The notes below the pieces were generated by a model. The model ran no database searches. It was not told the origin of the DNA and was given only the letters and a program-made list of their open reading frames with translations. A stretch of 59,448 bases of DNA, counting the filler, from Sphacelaria rigidula (Eukaryota), in NCBI GenBank assembly GCA_964200075.2. It is 5 parts of 5 records of this genome, joined end to end, with 100 filler letters (N's around TTAATTAATTAA, not from the genome) between each part and the next. Parts side by side here need not be neighbours in the genome. Positions count along the whole stretch, not along the records: positions 47,642 to 59,448 come from CAXNAA020004474.1; 4 more parts are not named here. One strand, written 5' to 3'. This document shows positions 49,650-59,448 of the stretch, in pieces. The position numbers were made by a program, and so were the translations under genes. Positions within the stretch are counted from its first letter, which is position 1, and each line of letters begins with the position of its first letter.

Positions 49650-50391
49650 TGTGCAGACTGGGCATAAAAGCGAACAATTTAGCAAGTACAGCAAGGCTAC
49701 AGTCAGTGACACAGCAACAAACGTGAGCTGGAAAGCCATGCCATGTGCGGCAGGGGCAACGCTGCCAGTTGCCGAGTCATACGCCAGCCCCCCCCCCCCC
49801 CCCCCCCCCCCCCGCCCCCCCCCCCCCCCCCCCACACNNNNNNNNNNGCAAGGACGGTGGCGCGGGGGGGGGGCCGCCGGCGGGCGCGCGCCGGACCCGC
49901 CCCCCCCCCCCCCCCCCCCCCCCCTACCTACACATTACATCTGTGCCGCCAGTGCGGCGAATACCTCCATGGCGTAATATGCGGTGTGCAAGACCCGGAT
50001 AGCGACAACAAGTGCAAGCGCGTGTGTGCCTATGATTTCTCGGCTGAGCATGGGAGTCCAACACGGAGATGTAGCTGACGACCTTTTTGATGCGCTGGAG
50101 GGCCTGAAGGTCGAGCCGGGCCAGCCTGACGCATGGTTCTCTGTTGAGGACGACGAAGAGACCTCCGAGGCTATTCAGCTCGACCTTCAAGACGAACTTC
50201 TCAGCACTTGTGCAGGAGGTGACTCAGACGAAGATGGCGAGGAAGATTTCGGCGACGGTGGCAACGTTGAAGGCAGAACCTCAGAAGTCATCGTAAAACC
50301 CGTCTCCTCATGTAACCGTAGCGGGAGAGTGTGGAGAGTTGGAGGCTACAGCCAGGAAGAGTTGCATGGAAGGTGTGTCACATTACCTTGA
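49650..50391 (+). pseudogene. Possible relic of a pogo/DDE_1-type transposase C-terminus
   Basis: ATVSDTATNVSWKA loosely resembles the W..V....I..CW.KA motif that closes DDE_1 domains. It is followed, across the gap, by acidic LFDALEGLKV...AWFSVEDDEE. Resemblance only. Confidence 0.3.
49838..49847. other. Intra-scaffold 10-N gap at a poly-C tract
   Basis: Ten Ns between two poly-C runs, followed by garbled GC-rich sequence that loosely duplicates 49730-49790. Confidence 0.8.
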
Positions 50392-52382
50392 GAAAGCGAG
50401 GATGGCGTGGATCAAAGCGCATGCTAGGAACAGCAAGTTTCAACAGCAAAGATATTCGCACTTATTTTGACCCATGATACTGTAATAAATATGCGTGTTG
50501 AAAAAGTTGTAAGGGTGAATCGTTCAGATAGAGCGTCACAACGCGCAACCTTAACCTTGGCGAAAAGGACCAACCGGTGTTTCTTGTGACTAGGTCGCGA
50601 GGCGCTGTCATGATGACAACTGAGCATCAATAGCGGGTAGATATAGAGCAGGTGAGACTACTGTACTGTAGAGTAAATAAAGGCAAACTGCTTGAGCTAC
50701 ACAAATGTTTTCATTTCTTTCTGCATAACAACAATGCTTGAGACAGACAGTGGCCATCAATCCGTGCTTCAATATGCACTCAACGTTTCCCAGAACCACG
50801 CGGTTTCACGTCCACCGCGTGTGTGTTAAAGCACAATCGTGCTTGGCTTATTTGTCTGATTCTGTGCCGATTCGGTGTAAAATCGGACGGGCCCCGTTTT
50901 TATACGGAGTTGGCATAAAAGCGATTGCGTGCCAGGTAAGTATGATGCCGTTAGTTTTCGAGGTACGCTACCCGGCAACGATTCGGGTCCGCCCCTGTGC
51001 TTACAGAAGGGTGGATATTGAACATGACACCAGCCTCAGATCGCAACGGCACGATATTGCACAACACTCCGCAAGCACAAGAGACCGGCGCATTGTGATT
51101 TGTGAGTCCTGTTCTTGTATCGATGCGGAGAGACTCGGGAACCATTTCCAGGAAGAAAGGGGCGTGGTCGTTGTGGCGTTCGTGAACGGCAAATGGGCGG
51201 GAAAAGAGCCGAACGTGTGGGCGCCATGGTTGGAATTGCCGCGTGGATTCCCTTGCGCGCAGTGTGTGCCGCATCAGGTGTAGTGTGGGAAGCGATGGCC
51301 AAGGACAGGTACTTTCTGGGCCGACTGGTGGCCCAGATAAGGTACGATGGAAAAGTAATTCCTAGATGAGGTATGCCTGGCCAAAATTTGGCCTAGACAG
51401 GGGAAATGATTTCTGGAGGCGAGACGTCCTTCTGCGCATGACCATATGTCGCGAGTAACATATTTTCTTCTGTTTTTTTTTTTTTTCTGAGGCCCGGGTG
51501 CCGAGGAGCCCCCGAATTGCTGCGCGTGAAAACTTTGGAGCGAAATCGGTCTAGATTGTATGTTATGCTGTTTTCGCGTTTTTGGTCATTTTTCGTACCT
51601 TTCTCGGGCAAAATACGATGAGGTATACCTTTTTAGGCCATTGTCCAACATCATTTTTTGATATTAATACAGCAAATCAGACTTGTGACAAGTGATTATG
51701 TCCGCATTTTGGTGGGACCCTATACTAAACTCGAAATCCTGCCGTCACAACCCGCTCGCTACTCTTCACAGTTGCAGCCGGCTCATAAAAAAAAACAACT
51801 GAAAACCAGGCTCAGTCTGAGTGTATTATCTGATGCAATGGGACACTACATGACGCTGTCAAAAAGTGCACTGCGTAAAGTATCGACTGTTGCCTCCATT
51901 GCATCAGACAATAGATTCCATACTGTTCGAAGTACGTTCTTTACGAAGTAATCTATTGTCCAGGGTTTTAATGGTTGATCATGATGGCCCGCAGTAGTTG
52001 ACGTAGTGCAGCGCTAGTCGCCGAGACTGAACCCCCGCCCCCCCCTCCCCAATATCTCGGCGTAATTTGCTCACGATCTCGTTTCTCACGAGCAGGCTGC
52101 TACTGTATACATTCATGGCTTTTTCCTCGCTTAATACGGAGGATAACACACCCTTCTTGACAAATCCCTTGCAGCCTCGGTTCCTTTTCCCCTAAAAGTT
52201 GTGCGGCTGGAAGGATGATCTTGTCGGGGTGTACCGTAATCTATGCAACACGTCTTCGGGATTCTGGCACGGCATGCTCCCTAGGCTTTATAACGGACTG
52301 CTCACGCGGCTTCATGTTGATCATGTTCAGTATGGAACGAGCACGCCGTAGAGTGGTGCCCGCAGGCGCTTGTAGTAAAAAT

Positions 52383-55300
52383 TTATGAAACAAGCTTACA
52401 GGGCGCGTCTCCCCACTGGAGAAACAAATCTCGCCACGATCGACAGCTTCAGATATGCGTCCCAGCGGACTCCATCTTCACCAGAAAACAAAACAAAACT
52501 GAACGATGCATGTGCCCCAGGAATCCATCTATCCGTTGTTGCGCGCACCAACAATCAACAATAGAATCACATACGAGAAGATCCCCTGCCCCTCGTTTTT
52601 AGAATAGTGGAGTAATCGCGGGTTAAAACTAGATCCAACTGTCTACATGTTGGGGTGAAGTCTCTCAATTTCACGTGCTGATTTTTTCTTTTGTTGTAAA
52701 GTACAGTCAACATAACTTGAAAAAACAAAAAGCTCCCGACACGAAGAATATCCCACCGTTAATCGATCTCGCCACGGCTGGTTCTTGGCCATCTGTATAG
52801 CAAACACGTGCTCTGGCAGCTGTTCCGGTTCCCTGCCGGGCGTGTCGGAACCCCTGACCCGTTCTCGCTCAGCTGGTGGTTGCTCTGGTCGCCCTCCCCC
52901 TCCAGCAGCCGAAGGGGTTTTCCCCGCCCTAGCCCCAGCTCCGCCCCCACCCCCACCGCCAGCCGAAGGTTCTCGTGACCCTCTCTGTCATTGATTACAC
53001 ACAAGATATCCCATGAAGAGAGGAAAATATTCGGCGCGTGACACGAGCCCGAGATAAAAGATGCTGGGGGGCAATCTATCTTTTACAGAATAAGGGTTAG
53101 AAATGAGAGAAGAAGTGAAAATAACGAACCGAGGTCAAAGTCACAGTCTCGTGGAGCGGGGATGGGGGTGAAGAGTTTGTGAAGTCACGTTGACTCCCTT
53201 CTCTTCCATGAAAAAACAAAATAAAACAAAACAGAGACTTGGCTGTTGGGAGCTATTTTTTTTAGCAAAAACATCACCAAGTCAATGCTCCACCATGATC
53301 ATGATGTGTATTCCATGAACATGCATATACCGGAAATTTCGCGACGTTTTTTTCAACCTGTTCAAGGGAAATTAAGAAGATAAAAAAAGACAGCTTCGCT
53401 GCATTTAGGTGTGGTGTGTCATCAATACCTCCTACTTGAAACTTTTGCAGCTCCCAGTAGGCGGTTGTGCCCCATTGACTGCTGTCACTTACATATACAA
53501 TATATATATATGCATATTATGTACCTACAGGAAAGGGGTGGTAAGCAGGACGAATTCATGACGCGTCATGATCTCCCACTTCTTAGATGAATATCGACAA
53601 CCCACATGTGACTAGAGTCATCATGCTTCCTCCTCCATTTGGTTTCTTCTTACTAAACGTCATCTGACATCACCACAACACAGTAGCAGCAGCAGCAGCA
53701 GCAGTGGTACCAAGAAAAGGAAAAAAATAGAGAGAAATTATGCACCTGATTTCGGCCAGGATATGGCGGTGGTGGTGGCGCCCCCCTCCCCCCGCCCGCC
53801 GCCGCCACCGATCCACCCGCAGGACCTCCGGCTCCTGCGGCGGCACTGGCGCCGGGCGCGGCATTGTTTTGCGCGGACGACGGGGGGCTGGATCTTCGGT
53901 TTCTCGAAGCGGCTGGTCTAGTCGCTCCCGCTTCTCCCGCCGATGGCCGGTTTTTCCCGTCTGGGTCAGCTTTCGGTCGCATCTCCACAAAATCTGCAGG
54001 AAACCACCCCACCTTCCCGTTGGCCTGGCCTAACCCCCATCCTTTCGCGTTAACCTTATGTGGGGCAGGCAGGGTGGGTGAGTTGGAGGATGGCTATGAG
54101 ATCGCATTCTTTCCTCGATGTCCTTGATTACGTGGTTGTTGATCTGGCTGACAGTGTTGTCTTGCACTATCTGATTTGATAACTACAGATTCAGCTACGA
54201 GTAGGCGCGATGGCTACAAGATAAGTGATGAGATGAGCGCGCTTTGTACGAAAAAAAGCAAACAAAACGGGGGAGGGCGTACTCACTCGTTATAAGAAAG
54301 TTAGGCAGTAAAAACAGATCAAAACAAAGACAGGGGAGAAGACGCGTTTGTTTTCCACAGGCCACGTATGTGGTAGGGTTGCTACTGGACAAGAATGCGT
54401 TTGAAATTATCGTGTTCCAAGGATGGGCTTGATGTTGGGTGTGGCGCCTCATAACAGCTTCGCCAAATTGGCCAGCCAGCATAGAGCATGGAAAGTAGAA
54501 TACATACTTGAAACACTCGAATGCACTACATACGCTAACTCCGCTTCACCTCAAAGTCAAGCTTCGGAACAACGTCAATACAGGGGACTTGGCCCTCCGC
54601 GGCACCAAGTATCGACACTGCCCGACACCGTAAGAAGAAGCAAACAACTTTTCAGGCCAGCCACCACGAAAATAAAACGCGGGTTCATCCTCGCCCGGTG
54701 CGGCTGTAGAATTCAGGATCACTATGCCTACTTCGACAAGAAGCTCACAGCATGAACGCAGCATGAGATCCCTGTACCCATGGAGGAAGAGAGAACGTCC
54801 ACAGTCATATCTCGAGGAGGAGCAAAACCCTCTACTGATATTCGATGGATCAATCACTTGAGCAGAAAAAAGAACGGGGGGGGGGGGGACAACGACGATT
54901 AAAACAGGGTTGGGAGAAGAAAAACAGCTAATCTTTGGAAGCCCCACCCTCCCCGCCCCCATCAGATCTACAAGACCGAGGAGAACACGCACCTTGTCCG
55001 TATGCAGCTGCACGATGTCCCCAACTCGGAAGCTCAGCTGCTCGGGCCCCTGCGCCATGTACTCATACTTGGCCACCGCAATCCAGCCCGATCCCGCCGG
55101 TGCCGATCCCGCTGCGGGCGCGGCAGCTCCGGTCCCTCCAGTTCCTCCTGCCGCTGCCGCCACTCCCTCGCTTGCGCCCGCTGCCGCAGCCACCCCCGCT
55201 CCCGTCGCATTGACGACAGCAGCTCCCGCTGCGTGGCCGCCAGCGCCCCCTCCCGCTCCCGCCCCACTCGCTCGTGCCGAGCCAGACCCGGCGCCTGCTG

Positions 55301-57908
55301 CACGTGCTCCCGCCGTTACCGCCGCGCCACCCACAGTCACCGCTGTCCCTCCCGCGGATTGGGCGCCACTTGCACCGCTGCCACCGGTCGCAGTCACTCT
55401 AGCGGAGCGCCGACTGGTAGACGGAGAGGCACTTGTCGCGATCCGCGGTACCGGAGCGGGGGCGGCGGACGGCACGACGCCCCCGCTCACTGCCCGTTGG
55501 TGTTTCCGTGTGGATGCCCCGACACCCGCAAGCCCCGCGGAGTTTGAAGGAGTACCGCCGCTGGCAGCACTACCTGTCCTAGTCCGGCCTGGTGTCCTGT
55601 GATCCGACGCCGAAGTCGCCGTCGGTACCCCCGAGCCGGCGCCGCCCGCGCCGGCAGCGACCACCATGGTCGCGCTCGCAGACCCAGCCCCGGGGTCGCC
55701 GCCAGCTTTCAAGCCAACGGAAGCAGAGCCGCCGACAGGTCGTTTCCTGCTTGCCGCTGCCAGGGTCGCTTCCGCCACCGCAGCGCCCGTCCAAGATTGA
55801 GGCGCCCCAGTGCCGAACCCCCCCTTGATCAGCCGCGGCGACGGCTGGGGAGGGGAAGATGAGCTGGACAAATTATGCGGGTCCCCCAACACTCCAGCGG
55901 ACCTGTTCTTATCCCGTCTCCGACTCGGGGTTGGTCGGCCGCCAATCGCCGTCGTCGCAACCCCCCCCGGCCCCGGCCCTGCCATTGCCCCAACCCCGCT
56001 CGAAGAAAGAGAAACAGAATGGGTGGTGTCCCCTTGAGAAGCTACTCCTCCTGTCGTCGCCGCCGCACCACGCCCACTGCCTTTCAATGGCGAGCCGGAG
56101 GTGTCTGACGGCAAAGGAGGCGAGCGGGCGTCCGACCTGGAAGGGCCAGTGCCCGCACCGCCACCGCCACCGCCACCTGCAACGGATGATTCCCCGTGCC
56201 GAGGCGGCAACGGGGGGGGAGGTGGGCTTTCTGTCCTAGGGATGTCCCCGCCACCTGTCCCGTCAGCATCGTAGTACATGTCTCGTCGCGGCGGCAGAGG
56301 GGGGGGATGTGTTCGTTCCCTTCGTTGTTGGCCTTTGCCCATCGCTTCTTGCCCCTGTTGTGAGTTTGATGAGCGTTTTGTCGTTGTCCGGCGGCAGGGA
56401 GAGGGTGAGAATTGAAAGTTCATCAAAGGAATGGGCATGCGTACTCATGTGGACAAAATTTGGTGTGAGATATGAATGCGGTGTGTCAAATTGTTCACAT
56501 GTTTGCGCTTCTCGCCATCAGGGACACACGAAATGTCGACTAAATATAAAAAAGCATCCACACACCTGGTGCGCCGAAAGAGACCTGCTGGTACCGCCGA
56601 GCGTAAGGGTATCGAAGTCGCTCATCATCACGTTCTCCGACTTACCAGCATCTCCCCTGTCACACAACAATAAGAAGACGAAAAGAAAATGAGATGGTAC
56701 TACCTCTGTTATTACTACTCGACTTGTACGACTACTACCATATGCCCGGAAAAGTAACATGACAACATGCCAGCATACCAGCGACACTGAAATGCACGGA
56801 ACCTCGAATACCACGCTGTTTTGATGGCACAATTTGTATTTCAGCGCTACCATTACCGCAGGTAGATCAGCCCCAACTACGAAGGTAACGAACAGACATA
56901 GGAGGGAATACAAAGCAAACCTCACACGGTGATATACAATGTATACCTCGCGCCGGCAGCCGGCCGCGTTGAACCCAACCCGGGTAACTCGGCCGGCAGA
57001 ACCTCCTCGCCGCCGCCGCCACCACCACCGTCGCCACCGCCCGCAACCCTCCTTGTCCTCCCGCGCCCCGACGAGTCTGGCGGCTTAGCAGGCGGCGAAT
57101 TCGGATCCGCGCCCGCACCCCCTCCCCCCTTACCTCCGCCGCCGACCGCATCCCTCCCCTCCCGCCGTAGAGGCGGGGACGAAGTAGTACTCGGTCCAGG
57201 TAGCGGTGGCGGCGACGCATCCCGCCGTCGCCGGCGGTCGCCGTCGCTTCGGTCAGACCTGTGCCCGCCAGACTCTCCGACACTGCTCGTGCTACTCCTT
57301 CTGCTCGATTGACCCCCCTGGGCCCCGTGCCCGAGCGCCGACGCCGCCTCTGCGCTCGTGCTACTATTTCTCCTGTGCGGACCACCCGCCGCTGCCGTCG
57401 CAGCCGTCACCAACGCTTCAAATCCCCCCCCGCCCCCCCCTCCACCACTACTTCCACTATGCCTCCTACTCGAGGCGATTGCTCCCCCGCGAGCCGCCCC
57501 TGCCCCGTCCCCTGTGCCGCTACTTCTCCGACTGTGCTGCGCCACCTCTGTTGTTGCATGCGCTCCGGCTGACGTACTGCCAGTGCCACCTGATCGGGTT
57601 TGCGCAGATACATCCGCCGACCCCGCAGTGGGGGTGAGGGGGCTAGGGTGTTGCGGGAAGCCGATCACTCCTGCTCCACCTCCGCCACTATTACCTAGAC
57701 CGTCAGTCGCGGTGCTGCCGCTACTGCTATCCACGATCATCACCTTGTGGTCGTCGGGACCCCAAGCTTTGTGGTGCGGTCCCAGTCCGCCGTCTGACGG
57801 GCGACGTATGGCCAGCGAGGTCTCGCGGGCTTGGCCCGAGGAGGGTGCCCTGCTGTTGGGGCCCTGCCAGGTGCTATAGTTGCTCCACTCTCCGTTGTCT
57901 TCATCAAG
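52383..57908 (-). CDS. SH3-domain protein with long Gly/Ala/Pro-rich disordered regions, 5' incomplete. Exons 57908-56947, 56656-56566, 56354-54993, 54054-53746, 52984-52757, 52415-52383
   Basis: GT-AG introns with consistent phases (2,0,0,0,0). Spliced SH3 WIAVAKYEYMAQGPEQLSFRVGDIVQLHTDK|VNAKGWGLGQANGKVGWFPADFVEM. The last exon (WGDAPCKLVS*) is tentative. Confidence 0.85.
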
Positions 57909-59381
57909 CTGTAATCATGTCGAGGTCAAGCACAAAGGAAAAAGACGCGCATTTAGTTTATGCAATACAATCTGGTCCGAGGTAGGTTCCAGAAATTCAC
58001 CGGGTACCCATTTCTCATGACGTTTTCCAGGAGTTGAGACACCAAATTTTGCGCAACTGTTTCGGAAGGCCTACCCGGGGTCGTCAATGTTGATACATCC
58101 TGAGGTTCGCTCGATATCACTGATTTCTTGGGGGTCCCCGGCTGTTCCATGGGAAATATAACCCCCCAGAAACCGGTGAAATAGAGTTGAATTCAATAGG
58201 CACCACTGTCAACTTCGGACATGCCTTCAGGAACGATCGTGTGAATTTGGAGTCCAAAATTCTTGGAAGCGGCATGGAAAATCGAGCGATCATGAAAATG
58301 TTTCGAGAATGTAGTCTCCCCTTGCACGCCCGGCGGTTCATGACCCGGAAAAAAGGGGGAATCCGACTGACCCTTCGATAGATCGGACACTCACAAGCTC
58401 GGACTTGCATGTGTCAAGACGCCTGTGAAGTTTTGTTCACAAAAATCTTCACGGCGTGAAAAATGGAGCGAACGTTAAACTGTTCCCAGAATATAGAGCG
58501 TGAGACGACCAGGATCCCCAGCAAAACCCATAAAAACCAATATTGATAGGAGGAACAAATATCTGGACGCCGGTGACCTTGAGTTTTTTTCAGTACTATT
58601 GTAACACATGTGCGAAGAATGCTTTTCGAATTTCCGAATTTAACCTCGAGGAATGGAGCAAACATGAGACTGTTTTGAGAACGTGGTGTATGCAACAGGC
58701 AAGCCCCTTAGGAAACCGGTGAGACCGAGCGAAACTAATTTGGCACAACATCTGGTGACGTCGGTACTCCTTCACTAACAGCTATGTGAGGAAGTGACTG
58801 CTGACTTCAACAAACGACCTGTGAAATGCAGCGAACGAGAAAATATTCCGATTTTGTCGGGCATATCATGGGGTTGTGGAGAAAAAATGGCATGCCTTCG
58901 GGCTAAATACTGTGTGTGACTCTCCTCTCCTCACTTGCTCCTAGTATGTCTTCTCAATTTGATGTATGTGATACGAGCCGTAGCTTTGCCCCCACGACGA
59001 CTTTATGCTTGATATACACGACCGTTTGCGGTGCACAGCAACCGCGCGAACACATGCGGCGCATATCCGGGAACACGCCCCAAAAATGGCGGCGCAATTG
59101 GCTTTTCGGAGTTTGTACCTACACTACATCCTACACACTCTGAGACACTCTGTGTCGCAGGCTTCAAGTGCCCCCCGTCACGGCCCGCACGGGAAAACGA
59201 GACACGTCAATTTGTTCCTTACACCCCGAAGTAGCATTGAAATACTTTGTCTGAATATGCTTTGCATGCGTGAAGAAAGTATTGACCAACTCTTTCCGCG
59301 AATCTTTCCCAGACCAGCTCGTATAAATGTGGCGTTCGAAAAACAAAGCGCGTTAGTCACCCGGGCGGCGGCGGAGGGGGG

Positions 59382-59448
59382 GGTGTGCACTCATGATCAT
59401 GCATGCCATGGTCATGAGACCATTGACCTCGCATCCCTACAAAGCCGG
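59382..59448 (+). repeat. Dispersed repeat (same family as 21809-21872), truncated by the window end
   Basis: Shared ~30-nt core plus looser upstream similarity. Confidence 0.7.

Noticed and set aside
54546-54992. C-terminal ~148 aa of the 630-aa ORF
   Set aside because: Intron read-through. The SH3 domain is completed by the exon starting at 54054.

Overview
This is eukaryotic, intron-rich DNA. Long introns with pyrimidine-tract/CAG acceptors, huge Gly/Ala/Ser/Pro low-complexity exons and many microsatellites suggest a stramenopile, probably a brown alga (inference from style only). The window is not contiguous. It is five size-sorted scaffolds (11812, 11810, 11810, 11809 and 11807 bp) joined by an artificial N44-TTAATTAATTAA-N44 linker, so nothing can be inferred from gene neighbourhood across the linkers. 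Each scaffold carries one gene, which I reconstructed by hand from splice sites and exon phase. (1) A terminal low-complexity exon (-). (2) A ~1992-aa RBR-like E3 ligase with a 5.6-kb first exon, four ~151-aa repeats, a probable GC-AG intron and RING1 joined to Rcat with no visible IBR (+). (3) A Cys-containing LRR protein with a candidate split BC-box/Cul2-box (-, 3' incomplete). (4) A complete 542-aa single-AP2-domain transcription factor (+). (5) An SH3 protein with internal PxxPxR and PPxY motifs (-, 5' incomplete). Non-coding DNA holds two tRNA-headed SINE-like families shared between scaffolds, several MITE-like/foldback elements and an 82-bp tandem repeat. I found no prokaryotic-type system (CRISPR, operon, phage). 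The most unusual candidates are the IBR-less RBR and the SINE families.
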